Shown: positions 1 through 14,076 of the stretch, in pieces
Numbering within the stretch: the first letter of the stretch is position 1
Layout of the letters: each line of letters starts with the position of its first letter
Assembly (NCBI GenBank): GCA_000002445.1
Contig: CM000208.1
Coordinates: 3,990,026-4,054,025, forward strand
DNA length: 64,000 bases
Source: Trypanosoma brucei
Taxonomy: Eukaryota
Reading direction: 5' to 3'
Position numbers and translations under genes: made by a program
Notes under the pieces: generated by a model
Databases searched by the model: none
Told to the model about the DNA's origin: nothing
Seen by the model: only the letters and a program-made list of their open reading frames with translations

Positions 1-230
1 CTGCTAACTTTATGTGTTTGGTAGCATTTTATTATTGATATTTTTACTCAATTTTATTAAATTATATGTTTAGAGGAAATTTTCTAAATTTTTCTGAAAT
101 ACGCTAAAAAATCATAAATTTTACCACATTTATGATGAAAATGTGAAAATGAGTAAAACGTTTTTTGATATTTTTGTGAAATATACATGGTTTTTACCTA
201 CACGTTCAACGTAGTATGGTAATAGTGTAT
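1..230 (+). other. 3' flank of an upstream VSG that lies outside the window (hydrophobic tail coding remnant plus VSG-type 3' UTR)
   Basis: Resembles the downstream regions of other VSGs here, for example the 3550-3620 motif 'tactcaattttattaaatt...tttgatgaaaatg'. A 70-bp repeat follows immediately at 255-345. Confidence 0.4.
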
Positions 231-254
231 GAAAATGTTTTTCTATTTGAATTT

Positions 255-345
255 ATTCATTTTGTCGATATTAGTTAATGTTATAATAGTAATAATGATG
301 ATACTAGTAGGTGAATGTTATGTGTGTGAATGTATTAATACTCTA
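255..345 (+). repeat. 70-bp repeat (single copy)
   Basis: TRR triplet run (taatagtaataatgatgatactagtag) followed by gtgaatgttatgtgtgtgaatgtattaatactc, a divergent match to the 70-bp repeat consensus. Confidence 0.7.
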
Positions 346-2102
346 AGGCCAGCGTGCCTAAGTCTAACTGGACGGGAAAAAATAGAAGCACATAAAATTG
401 ACAGTATTGTTAAATGGAATTAAGTGAGTATATAAATTAATGGGATAAACTAAGAGGTGGAATACGCGCAGTTGAATACGCAAATGCGACTGTTGGTATC
501 ATCATAAAAAAGGAAATGTTGGGTAGACAATTCTGAATACACTAAAGCTAGTGTGCAATCGAAGTAGAGTAGCTAAGTGTTTCGTGGTATCAATGCCGGG
601 CACGATAAGGGAAATGAAATACACCATTCATAGACAGGATGTGCGACTGAGAACCTGAGAGGAAAATAATACATGAAGTGGATTAACCGATGGCACGCTG
701 CATTTTACGCAAATATGGGTATATACTGCTGAAACTTTGATAAAAGCGACTCTCATTTTATGATAATACTGGAAACTTATGGCTAGCTCTAGAGGAAAAA
801 CAGTAGCAAAAGGAGTAAGAAGGGATTTTTTATGAGTGTGGTAATATCGATGTCTTGTTCTCGTCATACATAGTAATCATCTCTAACATTTGTTTGAAAT
901 AATGAAATATTCTCAATACCATATTTTTAAAGAAGTGACCACTTTGGAATTACTGCAGTCATAAAAATGAAAATATAAAACGGAAATTGCTTAAAGTACC
1001 CCATTTGTCTGCCGTTGTAAGAGGTTTATGAAGTACTGAAAGTTTGTAATGACAGTCCTCCAATTCCGTATTGGTTTACTGGACAGATAATTTTTACTTT
1101 CAAGGGGCGAATAATAAACATAAGAGATGTCGCGGATGCGAAACTAACAAATCGCATCAACAAGAGAAAATCAGTAACTAATGAACTTTCTGCATTACAA
1201 TTATACAGTGCAAAACGGCAGCTAACTGAAGAGCAACACAATCTCAACCAGAAGAAAGAAAACAATAGCGTCTATCAAAAAAGAGACCGATACTTTTCTA
1301 TTCCACTAGCGGCAGTCATGGATAAATTTTCACAACATATAACCCAATAAAAACCATAAAGGTAAAAATTTTAATATTTAGGAGGTTTATCAGAAATTTG
1401 GACAGACGAGAGGCCTTGAATGCAGGAGTATAGATGTAAATATAACAGATGGGAAGTGAAGTCAAAGACAGACTGAATTTTTATTAGTAGAGGTATATTG
1501 GTACTTTTAATAAAAAACAATATGTCACCTGTCATCGATTGGCTCAGCGGTAAAAAACGCATATTGAAATAGAAGTATAGAAGCAATATCACTTTCTACA
1601 TTAATACTATGTAAATCCACATGAAGTTCATAAACTCTAACAATCTATGAATTATAGATAACTGCGAGAGTTTACAAAGTCACAGCAAGCAAACTCTATG
1701 TGAGAAAGAAAACAGCAATAGAACTAACTTGAAATAAAGGGCATTTCCGTCAGTAATAGCTAAATTATACAGCTAATATAGTTGAAAAATTTGTACTAAG
1801 AACATGATAATTAGTCGAAATATTTAAACAGTGATATGGCGTTTAAGTATGGAAAATTAAAGAAGTTTAATTTACAGAGGACCGAGAGAGTAGAGAAAGA
1901 AAAAGGGAAATGCAAGGAAAAGTTGTTCCGGAGGTGAAAGGTTCGTATTTTTGAAAATAACTAGACGGCACCATGCTTATTAGACCTTAAAAATAAAATT
2001 TGCTGGAAATGTCATGTGCAAAGACTAAGACAAAACGTACTGTTCTCTGAATCCTCAACGTCATCGCGACAAGTTAAAGCAAGTAAAAGTCAGTGACGGA
2101 AG

Positions 2103-3540
2103 ATGGCTATACAATTAAGTACAGCCCGACTTCTGTTGTACATAGCCACTGTGCTCGTGCTCCAAACTGCAAGAAAAAGCGATGCTGCTAAAGAGGCCCT
2201 AAAATGGAATGAGCTCACAAAACTTTGCAAAATAGCAAATTTTTTAAGAAAAATACCAGCATATGCATTACAAAAAGCAAACGAACAAAATACAGCCTTA
2301 CAAGCAGCGCTCAAAGCCAAGGTAGCGGCAGCGGCGGCGGCGGAAGCACAGACGGACGCCCACATCAGCATGGTGGCAGCAGCAACCGCAGCGGCAGCAG
2401 ACAAATGCATAGAAGACGCAACTGAGCAAGCGTGGAACATCCAAGAAAAAGCGATAAAATCCGCAGCTTTAGGAGCACTTCAAGCTGGACGGATCAGCGA
2501 GCTCGTACATCTTCTAAATAGCATGTCAACTGGTGGAGGGAGCAACGGATACTGTCTAGCACAAGACGGCGACAACGCACAGACGGACACGACAGTCGAC
2601 GGAGTCGGCTGCGCGACTCTAAGCCCCGATTTAGCCGCTGCGCCACTCGCGTACAATGACGCAAAATTCACAGACAAAGGCTTCAGTGAAGTTAAAGCCG
2701 GCACAGCTAAGCACAGCTCACCGACCAAATGCATTTTGCTACACAAAGCAGACACCGATAACCCAGCCGCAGGCGATCTATTTCAGCGCAAGGGACCGCA
2801 CCTATTAGGAGGCGGACTACTGTCAGTCACGGCGCACACAACAGCCATCGAAGCAACGATAACAGGCCTAGACAACATAGCTACTGCAGGCAGAATCGCA
2901 CAAGCCGAAACAGCCGCTCAGCACCTGTACAATGCTGTAGCAGACCTCAAAGCGGCGGTGCCGATTTCCTGCGGCTCATAGCACACCGGCGTTATAGAGG
3001 GCCTTGTAAACGATGGTTCAGTAGCAACACAACTAGCAAACATGATCAAAACAGCAAAGCCAGACCTGCGTGACGGAGAAGATGCCAAGCAGGCGGAGGC
3101 TATTCTCACGGCAATACCAGCAAAAGACAACAACAGAGGCAAAAACATTCGAGAAAAAATCCTAAAAACAAAAATTTACATGGTAAAGAACGGTAACAGT
3201 GTAGAAACGGCAATATCCGACATAAGTTCAGCAGCTGAGAGAAGGACAGGATATCTTTTAGGACACAACAAAACAAGAATTCAGCTGGCAGAATTGTCCA
3301 AGCAGCTGACGGCTGCAAGACAAAAGAAAGAAAAAGCGGACACCCCCAAAACACAAGAAACAGACGAAACTTGCAAAAAAATGGACAGGAGCCGAGTGCA
3401 AAGAAGGCTGAAAATGGGACGGCGAAGGCGACAATGAAAAGTGCGTAAATTATCCGGATTGTACACAAAAAAGGAAGCAAATCAAGATACAAAATACCAT
3501 GGCGAGTACTTCCGTTGTGACTAACGCACTATTTTGCTTT
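2103..3540 (+). pseudogene. VSG: VSG pseudogene with a type A N-terminal domain; frameshifted
   Basis: The 292-aa ORF has a signal peptide (MAIQLSTARLLLYIATVLVLQTA), an Ala-rich helical domain and conserved Cys residues. The reading frame then switches to the 3042-3437 frame, which carries the C-terminal-domain motif ETCKK...KWDGEGDNEKC in a third frame. A 70-bp repeat follows downstream. Confidence 0.8.
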
Positions 3541-3714
3541 TAGGATGCAAAACTTAAGTGTTTTATCATGCTAAGGATTGTTACTCAATTTTATTAAATT
3601 TAATATATTATAACACCTTTTGATGAAAATGCGAAAACTGATGATGAATCAATTAATATGGTATTTTCTACGATAATTTTTTATGAGCGTAATGTTGTAG
3701 GATAACCGGGTGTT

Positions 3715-4300
<586 letters not shown>

Positions 4301-5747
4301 GACTTAATGCATGGACACAATACACAAATTTAAAAATATGGTAAGGTGTAATCAGATCACGTAGCTGAGAACGAACGAGTAGAAACGAGCAGTAGTATTA
4401 TTTTAAAGAGACATGCAGAGGCTGGTGAATCAAACGCGGGTTCCAGCGGCGAAAGTAACAATGATGAATATGCGAAAGAATAGGAAGGCTGAGACCGTGG
4501 AGAGAACGAACGCGACGGAAGAAACAAATGTAGTTATTGCGTTTTATGCAGCGACAGCGAAAGGAAATGCATGACTAAAGTGCAAGGGAAAATAAGAGAC
4601 AAAAGAACAAGAAAGCAGTATATTAATCAGTGAATTATCTCTATGAACTGAACAGAATCGATGCCAGCACAACATTAACTCCGTATTGGTATACTAGGTG
4701 GTCACTAAGCCATTTAAAGAATTGAGTAATTAACATAATATTTTTCGCTGATACAAATCTAACGGAGCCTATTTATAAAGCAAAAGAAGCAAAAAGACAT
4801 TTTTGTACATCAATTCATGAAGCTTAGCCGCCATCTAAGCAACCCGATTGCAGATAATTGAGAGCAGAAGCTAAACCGAATTGCATTCAATAAAAAACAA
4901 CATCACAACTTGGCCATTTTAAGGAAAAATGCAGGCTGAGAATTAACGGAAGATAGTAGGGAGTAAGGGCTGTAAATGATAGGTATTTTAAATAAAAAAA
5001 TAGATTAACTTGCTTTGAATATATAAAGTAGAGATTCCTTAACTAAACTGAATACATTGCTACAAAAATTGTGGAAAAAACAACAGAATAGAACTTCCAC
5101 CCTAAAAACATCTAAATAAAGACACCAAAAGCGATTCAACAACTATAATCGTCGAAATACAAAAAGCAGCCACAAGATGTCACAGGCAAAATCTCTACAG
5201 AACAGTTCGGTCATAGTGAAGAAGCGGCTACGCATAATAGATAATCCAGGTAGAAATTGCCTAACTGTCAGAAAACAAAGCAAACATTGTTGATGACAAG
5301 AAAAAAATTAGAGAGACCAAACCGCACTAAAAGCGGGGCTCTAACATTAGCATGTTTATCTGTAACTGTTCCAGCAACCATTCTGAAAAAAGAAATTCAG
5401 GGAATGGCAAAACTGACTTTAAATGATTTTATAAAGTTGTTAGAAACATTTTTCTTGTAAGAAAATCTTGAGCCAATACAAAAGACCTTAAGCATCAACA
5501 AGTTGTATGTCAAAACATCACAAACAACGCGACGCACCAGCAATGATAGCCGCCTCACCGGAACCGACAAACACGTGTACAGAAACAACGCGGCGCACGC
5601 ACTATCGCTTGAGCCAATGACAGACCAACTGGAACCGCTGTGAAAAATGCGCAACGTCAACAGGATAGTTAGCCAACTAACCTACCACCGAACAACGTCT
5701 AAAAAACCGTCCTTTACAACCCTCATCCTGAAGAAAAAGAAGAAGCA

Positions 5748-7180
5748 ATGCAGTGCCTAGCCACAGCAGTATTTTTTTTGCTAGCATTTCTTTACAGCAC
5801 AGAGCAGGCTGTTGGCTCGAAAAAAGCTAATGCACAGTGCAAAAGCGCCTGCGGCTGTAAATCGCGACTGCTTAAGCGGTTAGACCTTTACACAAGCAAG
5901 TACGCCGACGGCATAAGCAATGAACGCAGAAATACCGAAGCCCACGCAAAACTCGTCGCGGCAGCGCTGGCAGCCCCACCTTCAATGAGGAAGAAGATCT
6001 TACCTTTACTAGTGGCAGCGGGCGATATCCTTGATACTTGTCGGGCTGATCTTGCAACAGCACGGCCCCTTGTGCAAACGGCAATGGCAAAAGTCACAGA
6101 AGCTGCCGGAGTCTACAATACACTGCAGAAGTTAGAAGACAACCTCGGCGAAGTAAAGATCGAATTTGGCGGCAGCGACCTCAACCTACCCGTAACCAAA
6201 TTTACAACAAAATCTCTAGGCGCTCTAAAACAAGCAAGCTGCACTGGCCCGGATGGCGAACCGCAAGGACTCAAACTAGCCTTCGAACACGAAGAAAACG
6301 AACCATAACCAGCAAAACTAATAACACACAGCCACATCGACCTGACCTGCAGGACGGGCGCAAGCCAAAACACGGCCTGCCACGGAAACGTAATCAACAA
6401 CCAAGCTCACATAACAATAGGGCATAGCTTTAGCAAAGCGGCAAAAGACGAAAGCGAATAGTGGGCGGCGGCAGCCGCAAAGAAAAAAAAACCATACACA
6501 GCAACGAAGCCGATTTCCTCGGCGGCAACGCGACGGTGGCGCACGAAGCGCTCAAAGCAATACGGTCAGCAGGAGCCACGACGCCCTGCAGCTCGCTCAT
6601 AACAGATTTCAATGCTGTTAGAAGCAACCCCAAATTCAAAATAATGGTAATCAAGGCATTGCTGAACAAGCCACAAGCGGAGAAGGAAAGTGACGCAACA
6701 CCCGCCGAAGTAACTGAGGCGATTAACACTGCCTACGGTCGGGAAGGCGCCGACTACAAGACCAAAACATGGAAAGATATAGGTTCAACTCTAATTCCCA
6801 AGGCAGATCCGTCAGGGGAAAAAACAGACACAATCGACAAGCTCTCAAGCTTGCCACTATGGGCCGACGCAATAGCACGAATCCTCCTACAACAAACGAC
6901 AAAGCAAGAGGAACAATCAATAAAAACCTCCAGCGACGAAACAACAAACAAAGAATGCGACAAACACACTGCTAAAACCGAAGGAGAGTGCAACAAACTC
7001 GGATGTGACTATGACGCCGAAAATAAAAAATGCAAACCTAAATCAGAAAAAGAAACCACAGCGGCAGGAAAAAAAGATAGAGCTGCGGGAGAAGCTGGAT
7101 GTGCAAAGTATGGAACTGAGAAAACTAAATGCGAAGCTAACAAAAGCTGCAGATGGGAAACCGAAACTTTTAAAAATTAA
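5748..7180 (+). pseudogene. VSG: VSG pseudogene (N-terminal ORF 5748-6308 plus C-terminal-domain ORF 6461-7180, interrupted by a stop or frameshift)
   Basis: Signal peptide MQCLATAVFFLLAFLYS. The C-terminal domain reads CDKHTAKTEGECNKLGCDYDAENKKCKPK...GCAKYGTEKTKCEANKSCRWE. The middle is interrupted, and no hydrophobic GPI tail is present after CRWETETFKN. Confidence 0.8.
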
Positions 7181-7444
7181 ACTTTTCTTTAATAAAATTT
7201 GCTTTGATTTCTTCTACCTTTGTTAGTTTGGCGTAATTCTAACATTTAAAGATATTGTTGCTCAATTCTCTAAAATTTATAAAATTTTATGAAACTTTAC
7301 ACTCTTGTAGCGCTTTTGCGAAATGTGTAAATTTTAAAAATATAAAAATATAATATTTTTGTATGAAAATGACCTATGGGAGAAAGTAATAGGGTTTCAG
7401 TGTCTGCAAAGTGGGTTATATTATGAAATTTAATAAATTTTTAA

Positions 7445-7560
7445 TGGATACTAGTTAGCGTTATAATTGTAAGGCTGATGATAATAATAATAATGATAAT
7501 AATAATAACAATAGAAGAGTGTTGTGACTGTTTGTATATACGAATATTATACTGAAAGTA
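7445..7560 (+). repeat. 70-bp repeat
   Basis: gatgataataataataatgataataataataacaatagaagagtgttgtgactgtttgtatatacgaatattatact. Confidence 0.85.
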
Positions 7561-8929
7561 ATAGAAAAGGCTGAAAGGGCGCTATAATACAAGCACTTAA
7601 AACAATGGTAATTGTGTAATATGAGTAATTTGTAAGTAGAAAAGTGGCTATGAGAACGATTAAAGTAGATTTAATATGTGCAGTTTCAAATACACACATG
7701 ATAATTTACACAATCATAAACAAGAAAATAATGGAAAGAAAAGTAAGGGAGAGAGTGCAGTGTACAGGCTAAATGGAGTTGCTGCGTTAACCGCAGAGAA
7801 TCTAATAGAAGCAGAAAAAGGTACAGAAGGGGAAAATACTGGATTGGGTGACGGAACATGCGGCACCTCGTCGCGAAATAAGAGTGCTAAAGGAGCCATT
7901 TATGCCCAGTATTTCAACAAAAAGTAAATAGATACTACAGCGGAGATGGCGATGGAAACTGTGGTCTTCTTCCGATGGAAGATCCTACTCTCCAGCTGTA
8001 AAAAAACACAACAAGCAGAGGAAGTAGAAAAAGAACGGAGGGGTTGGGTAAGCGTGAGGTAATTTCGTATAGGTCACAATAAATAGAGTAATATTGTTCG
8101 ACTCCTGTGTCCAAAAATATATTTCTATTTTGAGAAATATTTTAAAAATAGGACTGCTAATAGATTTCCATGAATAGAAAAGGAAAAATAAAAACAACAC
8201 CGAAACTGATTAAAACAACTTGTATATGAACACACGGATAATCTTTTTTAAATGAAGAGGGTCAATGGCGATACCACTCCAATTCCGAATTGACATACTA
8301 ACCAGAAATTAAGGGCTTTGACGGAACGAGAGATGCCTATAAAAGCGGTCGCTGACCGCATCATACGGTACAAATTAGCGCAGTAAAAGCACCGAATAAG
8401 GAAGTATATGGACCCAGAGTACCAATTCTTAGACGGCATAGATCTAAAACTACGCATCTCTTTAAGGCATAAAAACGATAAAAGCGAAACAGCAAAGAGC
8501 ATAAGCGTTAGATTGTTATTTATTCGAGATGTATTAATGACAATTAATGTGTAGATAGAACAGATGATAAACTATAAGATTCAAAATTTTAGCCATAAAA
8601 ATATGCAGAGTATTTTTAAAAATTACAGGATTGGGTTGAGCCAGAAACAGATGTAATAGATGCAAAACGACCTGAATTAAGAGCCAAAAATAAACTTAAA
8701 GAAAAATTTAATTTAACTCCTAATAAACATTGGTTTGTATGGTGGAACAACCCCTTTTATAGCTTAAAAATATAAAAAACAACCATTCATAATGATAACT
8801 TACATATCACAAATAGTTTAGTTGTTAGAAACATTGATAGAATGAAGAAACAACGTTTGACACAAAGCGGTTTGATATGGGGCAAATAACAGCTGATATT
8901 AAATGCTATAGTACTCCCAGAAAGTACGC

Positions 8930-10400
8930 CGGCTTTCGCTGCAGTAGCAGACGAAGGCAGCTCCACAGCCGGATTCGCCGTGCTCTGCAGGATCATAAAC
9001 CTGGCCAAGCAAACTCCGCCGCCGCCGCATCTACCGGCGAGCATCGACGACGTAGAGGAAACGATGGCACTAGTAAACCTGACCCTCGCAGCACATGCAG
9101 CGGCCAAGGAGCTAGCAGCTGCGGCGGGCCCAACAGCTGCACTAAAAAGCGAAGGCGGCCAAATAAAGTTACACTGCGCCGCCACGGCTGCTGCGAAATG
9201 AAACGCGGCCGCAAGGAGGCTAAAAAGCCACAAAGCTTCCGTGGAACTCAGAGCTTTACTTGAAGCGGCAACAGACCCTACTTTGGTGCATGCAATAAAT
9301 ACAACACTGCAGGACATGGTGCACAAATTAAGCGAAATAAAACAACAAGAAACTACAGCAAGAGCTGACACCGTGCCCAGCAAGCTAAGACAAGCTCTAG
9401 GAGCTCAACCAGACGGCACAACCTAAATCAAATTAACTGGTGCGACCGGAAACAGAGCTGGAAGCCGCTGGACTCCGAGCACCGATACAGCAGGCACGGC
9501 GGCAGGAAAAACTATAGCTGGCGACGTCGTTTGCACGTGCGCATCCGATAGCATCAACGACAACAACAAAGCGTTATGGAGATAAAGCGCAAACGACCAA
9601 CGTCGACTTCAGCACCGAAGCCGATACTAAATCTCAGTGGAAAACATTAGGCGACGCATGTAAAAACCAGCTATCTTCAGAGAAGCTAACAAGGACAGCG
9701 CTGAGGGCGTTTTTAGCAGCTTTTAACGTAGCAATCAACACAGGACAAGGCACCGACACCAAATTAGCCGGTGTCCTGGAATTGATACAAGGAGCAGGAA
9801 GCACCGGATGCGACGGAAGCAACGCTGGAACAGCCGGCAGCTGTATCTTCTACGGGAGATATCCGTCAACTAAAGCAGTTAAAACACCCGACTGGCTCGC
9901 CCCGCTGACAACCACGGCGGACGAACTAGAAGCACCGAAAAGAGCAGCCAAACACGCACACGCGACCTCAACACAACTAAAAAGCCTAAACGCAACAATT
10001 ACATCACTCATACTGCTCGGAAGCAGTACAAAAAACAGCAAGCAGCAGCGACACAAAAGCCAACTGAAAGCAACACCATTGGCAAGACTGAACAAGAAGC
10101 CGTCTCAAGGGAGTGTGCACAGAACAAAACAACAAAACTACATGCGAAAATGCAGGAAAATGTAAATGGAAAGAAAGAATGAAACAGATGGCCCATGCGA
10201 AGTAGATGAAAGCAAAGTTGCAACTCAGACAAATGCAGCAGGAACAGGAGAGACAGCAAAAGAGGGAGCGAAAACTGGGTGTGCAAGACACAAAACTAAG
10301 GAACCGTGTGAAAATGACAAAACAGGGGCAAGAACAATTGCGCATTTGGAAAGGTAAAGATAACAAAATAAACAAGGAGACAAAAATGCCTAAATGACAG
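8930..10400 (+). pseudogene. VSG: VSG pseudogene (type B N-terminal domain), 5'-truncated with multiple frameshifts
   Basis: VSG-like segments are spread over three frames: ...AAKELAAAAGPTAALKSEGGQIKLHCAATAAAK; MELRALLEAATDPTLVHAINTTLQD; LTGATGNRAGSRW...GDVVCTCASDS; GAGSTGCDGSNAGTAGSCIFYG. C-terminal-domain remnants read PCEVDESKVATQTNAAGTGETAKEGAKTGCARHKTKEPCENDKTGA. Confidence 0.75.
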
Positions 10401-10734
10401 TTTTATAGTAAACAAACAATTGACTTTGATTTCTTTTGTCTTTATCGGTTTGATATCATTTTAGAATTGTAAGGATTTTTACCAATTTTATGAAATTTAT
10501 GAAAATTTGCTTTTTGAGTGAATTTTCAATACTTGATATAATTTAATATATTTTATCACTTTTCGGTAGAGATGTGCGAATTAGCGAATATACAAATGTT
10601 GGAAAATATAAATAAAATGTGGATTATAGAGGAATTTTCGAGAGAGATAGTGTAGTAAAAAGTGTGAAAATTTTACTGTGCTGTTTATTTTTCCTATTTC
10701 CTTATTGCATAGATAATAGGCGTAATTTATGGTT

Positions 10735-10810
10735 ATAGTAGTAACATAAATAATTTTAATTTTGAGGGTGTGTTGTGAGTGTGTATATAATAATATTATA
10801 ATAAAAAATT
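10735..10810 (+). repeat. 70-bp repeat (divergent)
   Basis: gtagtaacataaataattttaattttgagggtgtgttgtgagtgtgtatataataatattataataaaa. Confidence 0.7.
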
Positions 10811-11927
10811 GAAAACTTATTTTCTTGTAAAAATAGAAATGCTAAAAAATTGGAAGGGAAAAGTGAGATTAAGTTATTTTGTGGGATGGTGAATTATAAA
10901 TAAAAAAACAGAGTGTGCGCATGCTCATATACAAAAAGGTAACTAGAGGTCTTTGTACACGAGAACAATAAAATGGCAATTATGAAGGCGGAGAGGTCAG
11001 TATACAAGGAAAGTGGCGTTTCTATGCAAATTTGGAGAAGCAGCATCAGTAAACGAAAAGAAATGAAAATATCGAGTAAAACAAGGGGATCCTTATAATC
11101 ACTGATTAGAAAAAATGATGCGTCAGGATGGGCGGGTGCAACCAATGAAACATCTTATTTAACTCTAAAATGGATAGATGCTGCTGTAGATATGGCGCAA
11201 TTTGTGCTTTTAAACACAGTAATGAAGTTTCAAAAAATCTAGTAATCCACAAACTTATCTTGTGTTTTTACTTTGTGAAAACATGGTCGTGCTGGACTGG
11301 TTTGGCAGGGTAAAAAGAAAATTCTATGTATGGAGTGATGCATTTCGGGAAATTTAACAGCGAGCAGGAAAAACTGAGACTGAAAATATTAAATCAAAAC
11401 AGACAAACGAGTGAAAGAACAAAAGAAAACAACATGCACCAGGGGTTACATTGATACCTAAAATAAAACCGCTTATCAATATACCTAACGTTATCTGAAC
11501 AAAGTTCAGCGACCCTTCATTTTACCTTCCAGACACTGGAAAATAACGTCAATATAACTAACTCGCAGTCTAGCCGGAAGAAAAACATGCCAATGCTCGC
11601 AGCAAGAGATACAGCGCAAAAGCCACCGTTGCTTCTACACCAAATCACAAATAATCTAGGAAGAAACAAAGACAACTCACTCTTATTTTTTATACCAGTC
11701 AATGAACAAAAAACAAGGGTACGCTACAAACCACAACAACGCAATCCTTAAACGACCAGTGGAGGAAATACAACACTTAATGTATGCACTGTCGAAGTGA
11801 TAAGGTTCTTTAATCAAACAAGTATTCATTTAATTTTTAATAGAACGCAATGTCTCCTCATCAACCGCAATACTAATGAACGAAGGTATATTTTCCAAGA
11901 AGAAGAAGAAAAAAGACAAAATCATAC

Positions 11928-12734
11928 ATGTTCCACACAGGGACTTGTTTTTTTCTTTTAGCCATAATAACAACAGACAGATGTGGATCCGCTATCGCTA
12001 AAAACACTAATAAACAGGTCAGGTCTGCCCCATGCAGTATCATAACAATAGGAGGCGCGAGAACGAAGTTTCCGGAAACAGGAAAGGAGCTGCTAATCAC
12101 AGATGCACAGCTGGGCAAGGCGTTGTGTGAAGCCCAAAAGGCCAAACCAGCAACGTACGACTCTCTTTCGACTGAAACTGCAAAAGGGCTAAGCGAGAAA
12201 CCAGAAGTACAAGCGCTAGCACAGCTTATTCTCTCCCCATTAAACAAGCTTTCAGACGACACAGAACAAAGAAAGGCTCTAGCAGCAAAGTTATTCGGGG
12301 GAGAACAAACAAACCTCAAAGAGAAATTTTTCAACTCACTTTCATCGGAAACTATAACCTACACAGCCGGCGCCGAAAAGAAAGAAGGGAAAATAACCGA
12401 CCTCGCTTCTGGAGATGACTTCGCTTCAGCAGTGGCATATTTTGTAGGTAAAGCAACAGTCACAATGCAACAAATTTCAAAAAAATTAAGGGAAAATGGT
12501 AAAGAAAAGGAGACAGGAGATGCAACAGGAGATAAGAAAGACGGGGATAAAAAAGACGAGGTTTGCACAGGCACCGAAGAGGGTAAATGTGACAAAACAA
12601 AGTGTGATTGGAACGCAGAAAAGAAAGAGTGCAAAGTTAAGGAGGGAGCGGTTGTTATTTCTGCAGTAATTAAAGCACCTCTTTTGCTTGCATTTTTGCT
12701 TCTAGCATATAACACTTTTAAGAATTATTTGTAA
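11928..12734 (+). pseudogene. VSG: Chimeric or truncated VSG: non-VSG-like 5' part fused to a VSG C-terminal region with a GPI signal
   Basis: The last ~170 aa (…AVAYFVGKATVTMQQISKKL…EVCTGTEEGKCDKTKCDWNAEKKECKVKEGAVVISAVIKAPLLLAFLLL) parallel the C-terminal third of the VSGs at 23763-24665 and 27009-28532. The N-terminal ~100 aa has no VSG signal peptide or helical-domain signature. Confidence 0.6.
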
Positions 12735-12954
12735 GGGAGTTTTGCTCATCTTTGAGAATTTTATGAGATTTTCTATTTTTCTGAGAATTTTATCACTCTG
12801 TGAAAACTTTTCTAAATGCTAAAATATAAAAATTTTGGTATGATAGTTGTCCGTTGGTGAGAAGTAATAAGTATATGATGTGAAAATGAGTGTTATTCCG
12901 AAGTTTTTTATTTTGTATATTTTTTGTTTATTTTATAGATATTATTTACGGTTG

Positions 12955-13020
12955 TAACTGCAAAGAAGATGATAATAAGGATAATGAAAAACGTATGCAT
13001 ATACTAATATTATAATAAGA
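12955..13020 (+). repeat. 70-bp repeat (divergent)
   Basis: gatgataataaggataatgaaaaacgtatgcatatactaatattataataagagtggcgg. Confidence 0.6.
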
Positions 13021-14076
13021 GTGGCGGTTGTTACTAATTGGACAGCCAAAATTGAAGCACTTACATCATTGTCAGGTGTTCAATTGGAGTGCGTCAGTGT
13101 GGTAACACGATGTATATTATTGGTGAAAGAATTGCAGAAAATGAAATAAGAAATGCGAAACTTTAAACACTAACATGAATATAGGAATAATCATACACAA
13201 GAAAATGATGAAGGGATTAATTAGTGGGAACATAGTCCAGCGTTTAAGACAAATGTATTCTCTATGTTATCCTCACAAGAAACAAAAGAATATGGAAGGA
13301 GTAAAAATACATCAAGAGGAGGAGGAGTAGTCGACAATACTCCGTATTTCATACCTAAATGTATAGATACTATTGCAGAGATTCTGGTGGAATAAATAAT
13401 AGCATTAATTTATAGATCTACGTTGATGGGAGTTATATTACAATTTGAAAATTTGGTAGATGCCACACGAAACTCTTATTATTTTTAGTATATTTGAATC
13501 AATCGGTTGAAAACATTACTGTGATTCAGATAAAAATGCAAGGAATAAATGAATTCATGTAGTGTAAATCAGTTGTTTTTTTAAAAGTTAACTCCTATAC
13601 AGAAACTATTTGACGAATTCTCAAAAAGATATGTTACAAACACATAAAATGCACGCTTCAAAAGATATATTATAAGTATAAGGCATCACCTATATCTACA
13701 AACAGATTTTTTACATAAGACCTTGGTAACAAAACTGACTTCTTTTGTTAATTTTTCCATAATTTTCTTATTAGCCACTCAAATTTAAGGGTATATTAGG
13801 GAATGAAATTTTGTATCTTTATAATTTCACTATTACTATTGATATTACATTTAAGGTTCTTAAATTATTTTGTAAAGATGATGAAATTAATGACGAAACA
13901 AATATAAGACAGAATTATCCAAGAAAACCAAGAGTTTTTGTGGCTGTAGTTGGAGTTCAAACTCATGCAACACAAGGATGATGTAGACTCATATTGAGTG
14001 CCAAACTAAGTAACATTCAAATTGTTACAATTGAAATGGGAGGTTTGTACAGTCATGTTAAAGACCTATATGGGTT

